From assembly GCF_009914755.1 (NCBI RefSeq), contig NC_060926.1: DNA of 64,000 nucleotides; one strand, given 5' to 3'. The notes under the pieces are model-generated. The model searched no databases, was not told the origin of the DNA, and saw nothing but the letters and a program-made list of their open reading frames with translations. The position numbers were made by a program, and so were the translations under genes. Position 1 is the stretch's first letter, and every line of letters starts with the position of its first letter. The DNA comes from the human T2T-CHM13v2.0 reference genome, Homo sapiens. This document shows, piece after piece, positions 40,576-56,019 of the stretch.

Positions 40576-41510
40576 TACCAAAACACCAAATGCTTCCACA
40601 TATGTGATCTTCACAAGTCTGTCATTACCAATATACTAATTTTAGAGATCCATAAGCTGCAGTTCACGTACTTTAAGTCATTCACCTAAGGGTTCACAGT
40701 GGCAAAGCCAGTTCTTGTGCCAAAAGCTTAAAATTTCAAATTCTGTGCATATTTACAATATTAAGTATTTCCTCAATAATCGAAAATAATTAATTTTGCT
40801 CTGGACAGAATCAAGATCCTTCCATTAGATGATGATCCCTTTATGAACACAATCTCAGAGATTCCAGCAAATTACAGTACTTTGAAACTATTATGTATAG
40901 AACACATCCTGTTAATTCACCACTTTAGCTAACAAAACTTTTCTTAAGAAAATCATATGTGGCTTTTTTTTCTCCTCCTGGAGAAAAAGTCTTAGGAGAA
41001 AATAGCAATGTGTTGTTCAGGAAAATATATTTGTCATGAAGTGCTATCTAAGTAGCCTTCGTTTTCTGAGACTCACTAGAAAAGGCCACTTAAAATGAGC
41101 ATGCTTAGAATTAGAACCAAAAATTAATAGGAAATTGTGGGGAAGACATTTGATGAAAAGTTTATGTTATTAAATATATTAAATGTCTATTTTAGAAATT
41201 TATTTAATCATTTATGATAAAATTTGGGTTGTAATTATAACTATGCATTAATTCTTAGTCAAAACAAAGACTGAATAAAAGCACCTTTGGAGTATAATTT
41301 TTCTGACCATCTCATATCATGTAATATCCTCCATTCTAAGTTTAACTTCCTAAGCATGATCATACAAAAGGGCATTATTTTCCCAAAAATATTTTAGGGC
41401 TCCATTACTCTTCCAAGGACCTCTCTTTGATATGCAAGCCAGTCTCTTGAAGCTCCTAGGTTGTCACCATTCCTGCCAATTTTCTTTTCTCCAACTGATT
41501 ACTGGGCTAA

Positions 41511-41960
<450 letters not shown>

Positions 41961-42451
41961 TAAATACGTTAACGAGAACACCTTGTGTATAACATGTCAA
42001 ACTGAATTTGGAATTTATTAACACATGTGTCATAAATTTCTACCATGGAATTCCCCAAGTTTAATGTTCTCTAGCCTATTGGTATTTTAGGAATTCTGGT
42101 TAAGATAGCAAAGGAGAGTAATTTAAAGGAGAGAAATCAATAACAAGCATTTTTGTAGCATTTTAAACTTTTGAAAAACTGATTTACATCACTAGTTATG
42201 TCTCTAGATCAACTTGTAAGATGTCTTCTCTGAATTACAGACAGAGGAGCTGCAGTACCAGAGGTGAAGTTAGCCAATTATGAATATGAGTGATAGATCA
42301 GTTACCCTGTCTCAGACCTTCTCTCTGGAAGAGAAGCAATTTAATCTGTTGAATACGGAAAGTTACCCCCTTCCCGTTCACATATTGAAGGCAATTAAAA
42401 TCTCAAAGAATTCAAATTCCTACTAAGTTGAATGACAGAAGCATCTCATAC

Positions 42452-42571
42452 CTGGAGCATTGGAATTGCCTGGTTTAACAGATGGAAGGAATTCATGAAA
42501 AGTGGCGACTTATCCATCCACTCTTGAGATTTTTCTCTTAATTCCGCCAGCTGTCTCAGAGTTACATTGGA
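42452..42571 (-). CDS. ABCA12: ABCA12 exon 19 (120 bp): SNVTLRQLAELREKSQEW...AIPMLQ
   Basis: attaag|TCCAAT ... CCAG|gtatga; phase 0-0. Confidence 0.94.
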
Positions 42572-43552
42572 CTTAATGACAAAGAAACAAAAGAAGTGTG
42601 ATCCATTAGTATTTTGTCTATATTTTAACAAGGTATCTTAAGATTGTTTTGTTACGTAACTTCAAAAGACAGTTCTAAAACATGAAGTTAGTACAAACAA
42701 TTGTCAGAAATTTCCCACATGGTCAAAAGTTTCAAATGACAGCTTTCATAGGGTCAAGTTCATTTATAAAAATTCTGGATAATTTAGGGTTTGATTCATG
42801 TCCAGAGTGAGTTTATAGCCAAAATGAAAGCCTGACTTCTGGAGTTCTTACCAGTTTTTCATTTTCACCAACGACACACTTAACTTTACTATTAAAGAAA
42901 CATCCTAGTTCGAGGATAGCAGAAGGATATTCTCACGTATTGCTGCTGAGAATAGATGTTAGAGGTTTTTGGAAAGCAATTTGACAATGGCTATTAAAAT
43001 AAAATACAATATCCTTCAACCCCTCAATTCTGAACATTCATCTTATTGAAATAAAAATACTGCTACATAAAACCGATACACAAGAATATTTATTGCTACA
43101 TTGTTTATATTAGCAAGAAAAACACACACACACACACACAAAACATTGGAAACAAAATTAATGCCCAACACCTGATGATTGGATGAGTAAATTCGGTGTT
43201 ATAAAAAAAAATGTGCAATCTCTAAAAAGAATGAATTAAATTATACCTATTGAGTTGGAAAAATTTTCACAATGTATTCTTGTATGAGAAAAACTATATA
43301 TAAAAAAGGATTAAAATGCAGTATCATTTTAATGCAGTGACCTCAAAGAACTCTGCTTATGAATATATGTGGTATAATAATCTATAAAGGATTGGAGTAA
43401 TAGAATAAATTATAGGAAGATGCATATATGAATGCTAACATACATTAGTTTATATGAAAGGAAGAATAGGATCAAGAGAAGAGGAAAAGGGGAGGTGAGA
43501 ACCAAATACAAAAAGGGGAAAAAAAAAGACCACGCTTAAAACATAAGCTCAT

Positions 43553-44200
43553 ATGCTGCTGAGGTTGTGAAGAAAAAGGAACACTTATACATTGTTGGTG
43601 GGAGTGTAAATTAGTTCAGCCATTGTGGAAGACAGTGTAGCAATTCCTCAAAGACCTAAAGACAGAAATACCATTCGACTCAGCAATCCCATTACTGAGT
43701 ATATATCCAAGGGAATATAGGTCATTCTATTATAAAGATGCATGCATGCATATGTTCATCACAACCCTATTCACAACAGCAAAGACACTGAATCAACCTA
43801 CATCCCTAACAATGATAGATTGGATAGAGAAAATGTGGTACATGTGCACCATGGGATACCACACAGCCATAAAAAAGAATGAGAGCATGCCCTTTGCAGA
43901 GACAGGGATGGAGCTGGAGGCCATTATCCTTAGCAAACCAACACAGGAATAGAAAACCAAAAACCACACGCTCTCACTTATAAGCAGGAGTTAAATGATG
44001 AGAACACATGGACATAGAGAGGGGAACAGAAGGGTGGAGGGTGGGAGGAGGAAAAGGATCAGGAAAAATAACTAATGGGTACTAGGCTTAATACCTGGGT
44101 GATAAAATAATCTGTACAGCAAACCCCCATGACAGAAGTGTACCTGTGTAACAAACCTGCACTTGTAACCCTGAACTTAAAATAAAAGTTAAAAAAAATC
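43553..44200 (+). mobile_element. LINE-1 3' portion (older L1PA-type)
   Basis: ORF 43746-43952 resembles the ORF2 C-terminus; 3'UTR and A tail present. Confidence 0.93.
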
Positions 44201-45055
44201 AACAAATAATTGTTTATTTAAATTGAAAAACAAAGTTCATATATAACTCAATTTATGCAAAACTACATAGGAATATATAGTCAGTAAAGCAAATAAGGTA
44301 TTAAATCACAGTTTTTATAAAAATGGACAGAGATTAAATTGAATATTCTTTGATAATAATGATCGCTGTCCATTATTCTGTAGCATATAAAAATAATGTT
44401 ATGTTCATATAATTATAGTTGAATGGCCAAGTAATGGTAAAACAGAGATTTTTCTTTTACTTTAGCTCCGTCATTTTAAAAGTACTAGGTTTATAAATTC
44501 AAATAATTAAAGCCAACTTTAAAGTGAGAGGGAAATACTATTATGGTTAAATGAAGTAAATGGTAAGTATAGTTAATAATGTTGTCTTATTCGACATCTA
44601 TCTTCTGTATAAATGAGACGTTAAATTGTACAACTAAATATGAAGCCAAGAATCTATACTTCAGGGATTGTTTTTGTTCCAACTAGTTATATAATGCTCA
44701 ATATTACTTTTTCTAGTACAATAATTTTTACATACTTTGAAAGTTAGACACCAGTTGCAGAGGACTTTTCTGCTTTTTGAGATAAATGGAAAAATCTGAG
44801 GTCTTGCTTCAACTAACCTCATTCTCAAATGTTAACATGGTTCATTTCTCTTCAAAGGGCTCCCACCCAATCTATACTGCTTGCACATATCCAGGGCAGA
44901 AGTTGAGAATTTTACTAACAGTTTCAGAAAGCCAAGGATAATAATAATAGTAGGTAAGATAGAAATAAATCAGTCAGCTAAAGTAAATTTGGAAGTTGAC
45001 TACTTTAAAAAACATCTTAATAGTCAAAATAGAAACTGAGTTATAATGGTCAAAC

Positions 45056-45195
45056 CTTTTCCATTATTGCCTTTGTGACTGGGTTATATGGTGCATACAA
45101 AATTCTTCCCAACAACATAGGTTTCAAGAAAGCCCAAATCACAGGTCCAGCGGGCATGTTAATGATGTCTTTATAAAGGGAGAAGCAAAATGGTG
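45056..45195 (-). CDS. ABCA12: ABCA12 exon 18 (140 bp): (T)PFCFSLYKDIINMPAGPVIWAFLKPMLLGRILYAPYNPVTKAIMEK
   Basis: ccag|CACCAT ... AAAG|gtttga; phase 1-0; IW..LKP.L.G.ILY.P motif. Confidence 0.96.
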
Positions 45196-46163
45196 CTGGA
45201 AGGAAAAAGTGAAATAAAACCATTTAATAGATGTACTTCAAATCCATTTCCTCATGGCAAATTGACAGAGATTATTCTTATCACACCCAAAAATACATGC
45301 TCTAGTACTTCCTATATTATTAACAGATGTGAGGCATCTGGTGTCAAAGTAAGAAAGCACAGTAACCAATCTTTTTTAGGTGAGAAAGTTTAACCCAATA
45401 AGCAAGCCCAGAGTAAGTGATGGCATTTTGCCAGGAGGAAATAGAAAACGTGAAAGCCACATTTCAGAATGGCTAACAGATTCATTTCCCAGCATTTACC
45501 TTTGAAAAAAATACACAAAAACCAACCACTGGGATAGTACCAGATACATAAGAGCTGTTCAATAAATGCTTGGTGAATGAATAAAAAGATGAATAAATGA
45601 ATCCAGTTGCTATACTAAACACCCATATATTATTTGAATGAGCTCACTCATCACATTTTGCATCTCCAAGTTTATAGATCAAGTAAATGGTTTTGATGTG
45701 CCACGAGACATTTACGGTTCTGCTGCAGTCATGCAACTCTACCATGTGTGATAAAAATTCTAATTCTAGAAAGTTAGGAAAAAAATTTCAACCCAAACAG
45801 ATTTAAGGCAAGTTTTTATATTGTCTAGAAGGCTCAGTGATGACTGACAAAATCTAAGTGTAGTATTGTAGTTAAGAGGATAGTCTTTGTAGCAGAGTAC
45901 CTGGGTTCAAATGACAGCTCAGGCACTTCCAAGTTGAGTGACACTGGCCAGGTTACTTACCCTCCTTGTACTCCACTTCCCCATACTAAGATGAGTTAAT
46001 GTATATAACATTCTTGACATGTGGTAAGTGCTGTATAATTATTTTCTATTTTTATTCTTGGGGAAAATTAATACTTCATTTATCATAAAAAACTAAGACA
46101 GAATAGACAGTATTCTTATTGTCATTAAGGGCAACTGTCATGCTTATTTTAAAGTATACTCAC

Positions 46164-46374
46164 TGGTATTTATGGGAATTCCATATTTTGAAGCAATTTG
46201 CTCTTTAGTTAATTTATAAGTCAAAAAATCCTTGGTGTGGTTGCCTTTTGGCCTCTGGGAAGAGGGCAGCATGGCAGTTAAATATTCAGTGGTAATTCCT
46301 TGAGAACATAATGCTTGGGAGATGGTGCTAAATGATCCTTGTGGTGTGTTCATTCGGTTGCTTCTGTACATTGC
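46164..46374 (-). CDS. ABCA12: ABCA12 exon 17 (211 bp): AMYRSNRMNTPQG...KYGIPINT(T)
   Basis: acag|GCAATG ... ACCA|gtgagt; phase 0-1. Confidence 0.95.
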
Positions 46375-46696
46375 CTGTGAGACAAAAATCCACAATTTAT
46401 TGACACTATATGAGCTTTAGAAGCTACTGAAAACAACAGAGAAAGAGAACCTGATAATACTTAGAGTATCCTTACAGTTTCCATAATTCCTTTTATATGT
46501 TTATTCCAAATGTAAATGAAGAACAATAAACTTCACTAATTAAAGTGGCAAAAAGTGTTGCTAGGTAGAAGAGTTTTCTTGTAGGTGTTGTTTTTTTTTT
46601 TTTTCAATGTACTACGATTGAAGCTGAATGTATTATAACTACTCAATATGACAGAAGGCATTTTTCAACAAGAACATTACTGGGTGACTTTGCTAC

Positions 46697-46861
46697 CTGT
46701 GTTAATGGAACACTTCTGGGCAGATGCATTTGCTTCAGGGATCTCATTTTGTCTAGCAGCGGATGTGTGCCAGAAGCCATCTGATTGAGAATCTCTTTTA
46801 GTCTTATGAAGAGCTCCATCATCTTTTCTACTGGCTTTTGATCTTTCCTCGGGAAAAACAC
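46697..46861 (-). CDS. ABCA12: ABCA12 exon 16 (165 bp): VFFPRKDQKPVEK...RSVPLTQ
   Basis: ttag|GTGTTT ... ACAG|gtagca; phase 0-0. Confidence 0.94.
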
Positions 46862-46899
46862 CTAACAGAAACAGAATAAAAATAAATGCTTTATGTGGA

Positions 46900-47545
46900 A
46901 AAATTGAATCCTCATGCATTGTTGGTAAGGTTGTAGAAAGGTACAGCCACTTTGGAAAACATTTTTGAAGTTTATTAAATAGTTAAATGTAAATTTAACA
47001 CTCAACCTGACAATTCCATTCCTGGGCGTTTACCTAAGAGAAGTGAAAACATGTCCACACAAAGATTTGTATGTGAATGTTTATAGCAGCATTATTCACG
47101 ATAGCCAAAAAGGGAAAACAATCCAGGTGAGTGGACAAAGTATATATTCTTAAAATGGAATACTATTTGGCAATAAAAGGAAATGAAATACTGATACATG
47201 TACAATATGTATGAAACAAAAAAAATTATATTAAGTGAATAAGTGAATGAAGCCAGGCAAAAAGACCACATATTTCATGATTCAATTTATATGTAATATC
47301 TTTTTAAAAAGGCAAATCTACAGAGACAGAAAATAGATTAGAAGTTGCTTGGGCTAGAGATTGAAATGAGACGTAACTGCAAATAGACATGAGGTTTCCT
47401 TCCGAAGTAATGGAAATGTCCTAAAATTAGATTGTGGTAATAGTTGCACAATTCTGTATATTTACTAAAAAAATCATTGAGTTAATCACGAAAAATGAGT
47501 GATTTTTATGGTATATAAATAATACCTCAATAAAGTTGCAAAAAT
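46900..47545 (+). mobile_element. L1M-type 3' portion
   Basis: tgttggtaaggttgtagaaaggtacagccactttggaaaac...tttatggtatataaataatacctcaataaag. Confidence 0.8.
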
Positions 47546-48584
47546 AGATGATTTTATAAGTCATAAAGGCAAATGTCAACTACATATTTCTTCATGTATA
47601 CTATTGCTCAAAAATGATATAATATGCACCTAAAAATTAAAATAAAACTGTCAAAAGGCTTACATGATTTATCAGGCTAAGTCATTTTAATCCCATAATG
47701 CTTATGTGCTACAAGAAGAAACATTGAAAATGTTTTAAAATTTTAATGTAATTTTTTTATCCTCTTATTTCATTTATTCAGGAACATGAATTGAGTGCCT
47801 GCTGTGTTCCCAGCACTGGGTGAGGTGATGGCTATGCAGTTGTGCTGAAGCTGGCACCATCTCGGTACTCACAGAACTTTGATCTATTAGGAGGAACAGA
47901 TATCAAACAAGGCAATGAACCAAAGGCTGGGGCATATGAGAAGGTAGGGAGTGTTTAGCTACGAAATCAAAGGAGACCTTTTCAAAGCAAAATCTCAAAG
48001 AATGAGAAAGAACATACCATTGGAAGAACAAGAAGAGGAAGGGCATAGGCAGAGGGGCAAAGCTGTTTGAGGTCCCTGAGAGAAAACCTGTGATATTTCT
48101 AAGGAAGTCAAAGACCAAGATTTTGAGCACAAGATTCAGTTAGAGAGGTAGCTTTGTGTTCATATCTCCCACACCGCCCATCTCTCAGTCATGAAGATAT
48201 GGTTACCTCAATAGCAGAGCTCCTGATTCCAATCATATTTTAAAAATTAGAACCAACATTTTTTTCTATTTTCTATTGCAGTTCTGCCAGAATTCTAGGC
48301 ATTCCCACATTAACGTGAAATAAATTGGCATGCCGACGTTTAACGGCTAGACTCAACAGCAAATATTTAGTTTGATATCTGCTCTGTAGAGGCATTATAA
48401 AATTAGAGTTAAAATTTTAGGCAAAGTAATAATAGTAATTTCATGTCATATGCATTGTAGGTTATAGTTTATGTAAAATAACCATTGGCTGAGTTAATGG
48501 GTATTTGCTTCATTTCCCTATGGGCCAGACACTGTTCTTTGCATTTAAAATATTTCAGTGAACAAAGAGGCCCTTGTGGAACTA

Positions 48585-48918
<334 letters not shown>

Positions 48919-48939
48919 GTTTAAAAATGAAAATTTAAT

Positions 48940-49435
48940 AAAATATATAGTTGGCTGGAAGCAAAACAGAAGCCAGAATAGGAAAAGGGGATTTGAGAGT
49001 GCTGTAGGTAGCATTGGTTGCATTTTAAATAGGGTGGTCAGGGTAGACCTTACTGAAAAGGTCAATGTTAAGCAAAGTCAAAAAAAAAAATAGCCTTGCA
49101 AATCATGTGAAGGGTTGTCTCTGGAGTTGTGCCACACAGCAACTCTGGAGCCAGGGTCCAGAAAGTAGCCAAGTAAGAAATGAGATTTTAGTGATGAGGA
49201 ATCATTGTGCAGATCATAAGGCCCTTGTAAAATTTGGGGGTTTACTTGAATCAAATGGAGATCCACTGGAAAGTTTTGAGCAGAAGGGTGATATAATGAG
49301 ACTTTAAGTTTTAAAAGGATCAGTCAGGCTGCTTGCAAGGTGCTAGGGAGAGGGGTAGAGGGTAGGTGTGGAAGCAAGGGATATGGTTAGGAGACCACTG
49401 CAGAAATATAGGCATGAGATGACAGTAACTCAGAA
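48940..49435. mobile_element. LINE-2-like relic
   Basis: ttttaaatagggtggtcagggtagaccttactga...ccactggaaagttttgagcag...ttttaaaaggatcagtcaggctgc. Confidence 0.6.
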
Positions 49436-50208
49436 CAGAATTATTTATAACTAGTCCAAAACATTTTTATCCCTGTGGCTATGTCTCAAAAATATGTCAG
49501 CTATTTCTTTTCGATTGTGTTTACTACAGAGAAGGATAATTCTTCAGTGTTTTTAAGAACATGTAAATATTTTTGACCCAAGTGAAATTTGGGTGAACAT
49601 AGGTGCTTAATTTTCCTATGTTTATATTTTTCTTTCGGTTATTTAGTAAATAAGTACTCATAGAGCATCTGCATATTGCAAGATGAAGTCAATGCTGACT
49701 TTACTAAGCTCTAATAACAACCATTTGTTTTTCCTTCTGGGTATGTAATGGTAGCCTCTATCTAAATTGATGAAGGAAACAGGAAATTTTTTTTTAAAGA
49801 ACGCCAAAAAAAGCCTATTTTTAATTAAGAAACCCCTTTTTTCTAATCTTTTTTAACCCTACCAACTTCATGTCTGTTCACTGTTAAAAAAAAATAATTG
49901 CAACATTTGCATTTAACACTTTTGAAATACAACATTTGTATTTCACAGTAACAGTACATATTAAATTTAATAATTGGTCTCTGATACACAAACCGAGAGT
50001 AAGGAATAATATCAGTTTCCACATCTATAAAACGTGCAAAATTGCAATAAATGATCTCTAAGGTTGCATTTAGCTTTAACATAATGCAATAATTCCAAAA
50101 GCTGAATAAATGGATCTCATCCCTCATAGTATCAGAGAACATAAATGTATAATTAAATAGTTTTATATAAACCATGAATATAAACATATTTAACCAACAG
50201 CAACTTGC

Positions 50209-50382
50209 CTTGTATGTGAAGTTGTAAATGTTTAAGTAGTGCAGAAGGGTGAGTCCGATGAGGTAAGACTGCCGGGATCTCTCTGAAAGAGACAGGTTGC
50301 AGAATTCTTTCATTGCATCTTCTAGTTTGGGAGTGGTGATATTAGTATCACAGGAATGCAGCCAGAACACCTGAGAAATAAT
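50209..50382 (-). CDS. ABCA12: ABCA12 exon 15 (174 bp): IISQVFWLHSCD...NIYNFTYK; GC donor
   Basis: gcag|ATTATT ... CAAG|gcaagt; phase 0-0. Confidence 0.93.
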
Positions 50383-50581
50383 CTGCAAATGGAGGAAGAA
50401 AAATATTTCAACTGTGAATCATTCGAGAGTCAACTGTTCATTTTGTGAGGTTTTCTGTATACTCTAAATTTTAAACTAAAACAAAAGGTCCTCAAGAATC
50501 AAACAACTTTTCATCTAAAGCACTAATTACTATTAATAAGACAATAGAGAATTAATAGTTCACTTAAGAAATAAGATGGGA

Positions 50582-51387
<806 letters not shown>

Positions 51388-52365
51388 TTAATTTTTGTAA
51401 TCATTCAAAATTAAAATCTTAGGCAATATACTCTGTGGGTCCAGAGATGTAAAGCAAAGAAAAAGAGTTTCAGATCCTACAATCATGTGAATTACCCATC
51501 TTGAACAGTAATGCTCCTGTAGATAGTGAGGTATGATTACGCAAAATAAGATGTCATCTTTATTGCCACCGAGTTGAAATAAAGAGAAAAGCGTATAACA
51601 TTCAAGGCCACAGGAACTTTTCACTCTTTCCTCTTGAAAGTAATAAGAATGTAGACTCTCCATTTACACGTTTTATTTACTAAAATGAACCTGCTCTATA
51701 GAAGCCAAAAACTTGATTGCTGAAATTATATCTTAGGATCAAATAATCAAAAGGTGAGATTAAAGAGAAAAGATCAATGAATATTATTTACTAGTACAGT
51801 AAAGGCAAAGCTGTTTTAATTTTTGTATGGGGGAACCAATTAAAATGACAAGAGATAGCTGCAATATTTTTTAAGGGGAACCTTAAAGGCTTTTTAGAAA
51901 CTATCCAATATTGGAAAATAACTGGGCTGTGCTTAGAAATGACACACTCTGTCACACATAAGGTTTGAATGGATGAGGCCTTAAGCTCTGCAGCTCTTTT
52001 GGAAAATTTCCATGACACTTCCAGACAATGGACTTGGAAAAAGAATAAAAGATAAGACATTTTGAGTGGAAAACCCTATTACCAGCATATGAAGAAATGA
52101 CATTATTCATTTTCACATCAAAAAATATTTACTACAACCACAAACTTACCCTTAGTTCCCTTGACCACATCTATTGTATATGCTATGTCTTGCTGTACGA
52201 CTTTTAAAAAGTAAAAATGGATATCCATTTTAATTTTAGTTGCAAGCAATAGTAAGTAGTCTCCATACATTTTCCCCCAATTAGGTTACTGAAGTTTGAC
52301 TTTGATAGCATTTGAGTAGGTACAAATTCACCTCATACAATGTAATTGCGACAGTGAATATAATT

Positions 52366-52451
52366 CTTTTTTTTTTTTTTTTTTGAGACGGAGTCTCGCT
52401 CTGTCGCCCAGGCTGGAGTGCAGTGGTGCGATCTCAGCTCACTGCAAGCTC
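52366..52451 (-). mobile_element. 5'-truncated AluY-like fragment
   Basis: Poly(T) plus gagacggagtctcgctctgtcgcccagg...ctgcaagctc, then an abrupt end. Confidence 0.9.
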
Positions 52452-52733
52452 ATTGATTGAGGAAGCCATCTGGGGGTAAGGAAAAGGAAAGAACAAATGG
52501 GGCATGGGAAAGGACAAGGAAAAATAAAGAAAAAAGGGACACATAGTGATAAAATTCTTGCTTCAGAATTTTTCTTCTATCTTTAATGAGGCCTCCAGGT
52601 TTATCACTTGCATAGAAAATTCACCAGATTAGCATGCAACTTCTCAGTGTTTAACTGGTAAGCGCTCAACAAATGCTAAATGCTATTTAAATTTCTAAGA
52701 ACTGCATGTAAGTACAAACACATGACACCCCAC

Positions 52734-52858
52734 CTCAGCTCTATTATCAGGGATGGGAATGGCCAGCAACTTGTCAATAGTCCTGTTGGACATTCCTGTT
52801 GTTCTCCTTAAATCTTCTTTCAGCTCTTCAACATTTTTAAACATTTCTAGTAACTGAC
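52734..52858 (-). CDS. ABCA12: ABCA12 exon 14 (125 bp): (G)QLLEMFKNVEELKEDLRRTTG...PDNRAE
   Basis: gcag|GTCAGT ... TGAG|gtgggg; phase 1-0. Confidence 0.93.
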
Positions 52859-54061
52859 CTGCAAGAAGAAAAATGTAAAAAGAAAACCCATGTTGGTTTG
52901 TCAGGTCACTCTTTTTAGTATGACTAACATAGAGAAACCTTCTAGACTAAGACATACGTGCCTTCTCAGGGGCAGATGTCTCCCAGTTTTGGCAAACGTT
53001 GCATATTTAGGATCTATTTCTATCTGATTTAGATTTGTTCTTATTATTATATCATAAACCCGAGGTAACAGATTGCTCTGAGTTATAAATTTTCCTTAGG
53101 TATCTACAAGTCAAGGTTTATTTAAGGAAAATATGCTTTCCTCACAGATTTTGATCACATAATGCACTAAATAAATATCTCTCCATTTGATTTAAAATAT
53201 CACACAGATTCAATATGTTTTTTTAATCTGGGATCATGTAATATTGTCAATTTAGGACAAAGTTTGATAAATCCACACATAATGCCACAGAGCATTTTTC
53301 TTTAACTACAGTCACACTACAGTTATAAAGGGTTTTTACAATCATTATCTCACTTTTAAATAGAACGTGTTTAACTTCAAACTCTTTTAGGACGGTGATT
53401 ATAATTCTTTTATTTCTGGGTCATTTATGGCACAATAAACAATATTTAGATTTTAGCAGATTGTAATAATCATCCTGCAAATGCCTTTCCATCTAAGTAT
53501 CCTTCATGCAAATATATCTTTTTTTTATTTTTCAATCTAGTGCCATTCCAATTTTGTGGCTGCCCGTTGTCCAAAATTCTGAATGCCTTTCCTTTCAGTA
53601 TTGAGGAATTATGCAAAGAAGAAACGTATTGCATGATACCTCATGCTTGGAATACTAATAGAAAGTTCTGAATTGAGATTTCTGTAGACAACAGTGCATC
53701 CTTTTGGTTTTTTTCCATCAGGTTATTTTCACAGAAGCAAGTAAATTTCATTGTTGCCCTTGCAGCTGACTATGGGATGCACTTTAATATATCAGAGAAA
53801 CGAAAGGTGAATGGTCTAACTAGTTAAACTTTTGAAGATCTTTTTGCTGTGAAATCAGATTTCCCTGTTTCATTCTCTGCTAGCTTTCTGTGTGTTTACT
53901 TTAGACAAGTAACCATATTTGAATGCTTCAGGTTTCTCATGTGTAAGGGCAGATAGCAAAGCGAGTTTGGTTGGGAACTTCAAAAAAGCCTTCTTAAACT
54001 GCAGCGTGAGAATCACATGCATTCTAATAAGACAAGATTTAAAATGTGGATGGGGAAACAC

Positions 54062-54174
54062 CTGGCTTTTCAGAAGCATCTGCACTGTTATTGACATGCA
54101 GCATGGCTTCTATGATCGGTATTAACTGAGTGATATTTTCCAAGTAATTCATTTGCAGTGCCTGTTCTAGAAAC
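54062..54174 (-). CDS. ABCA12: ABCA12 exon 13 (113 bp): (Q)FLEQALQMNYLENITQL...ASEKP(G)
   Basis: ccag|GTTTCT ... CCAG|gtgttt; phase 2-1. Confidence 0.93.
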
Positions 54175-54265
54175 CTGGAACAAAACAGAAAAGAAGAAAT
54201 TCAACTAAGTATTTCAATATTTTGAAAGAGATTTCACCAAGGAAGAAGACAATGGAAAAACTTAC

Positions 54266-54522
54266 TGATCCATATTTAAATTAATTTTGCTTGGATCTCC
54301 AGTCAGCAAATCTCTCACTTTTTTAGATATGACATTGTCATGGTACAGTAAGCTGGCTGCTATTTCGGTGCCCAGCTCTGCCGCTTCGAGGAGTTGCAGA
54401 TCAAACTCACTTTCTTCACACAGGCTCCCAAAGCTCATATCAGAGAGCTGGCATGACTTCTCTATCAAACTGAAAGTTTCAGATTCACAAAGAAGTTCGG
54501 TCAAGTTTCGAAGTTGAGACAG
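54266..54522 (-). CDS. ABCA12: ABCA12 exon 12 (257 bp): LSQLRNLTELLCESE...INLNMD(Q)
   Basis: ggaaag|CTGTCT ... ATCA|gtaagt; phase 0-2; followed by a 91-bp intron. Confidence 0.94.
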
Positions 54523-54910
54523 CTTTCCAAAAAGGGAAAAGAGTGGGAAATAGATTAGTTACATTTTTCTACATATATAGTAGTTGATAATAAGCAACCA
54601 CAATTGATTTCCTTTAAGAAAAACATTCTGCCTATGTATGTGGTTAGTTGGCATTTGGCGTTAGTTTTATTATGAAGTACTACCGTCTGTCATTTGAGTT
54701 TATTGTTCTCGTAAGAACCTGGTAAAACTTTTGGGCCTATTAGACCTGTCTTTCTCTGTGGAGTCACAGGTTTAAAAAATGGAGTTTAGTTTTATCCAGC
54801 TTAACTCACAAATACTTTGACTAATTTTATATTTTGATTTATATTTTAAATCATATGTAAGGGCAGATAAAAAGCAAGTTTGTTTTAGAACGTTTAAAAA
54901 GTATTTCTTT

Positions 54911-55877
<967 letters not shown>

Positions 55878-55902
55878 ACAATTTTTAAAGGTTAACAAAA
55901 AA

Positions 55903-56019
55903 TTTTAAAAGCCTTTCTTGAACTGCAGCATGAAGATCACATTCATTCTAATAAGACTGTATTTAAACTATGGACGAGAAGACGCCTGATTTTTTGGAAG
56001 TGTCTGCACCGTTATTGAC
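55903..56019 (-). pseudogene. Degenerate partial copy of the exon 13 3' end plus the start of intron 13
   Basis: Aligns with 53981-54095 (aactgcagc, cattctaataagac, tctgcac, gttattgac). Confidence 0.85.

Noticed and set aside
49843-50388. 181-aa ORF, the longest in the track
   Set aside because: Exon 15 plus read-through past the GC donor into AT-rich intron; the extension is not protein-like.
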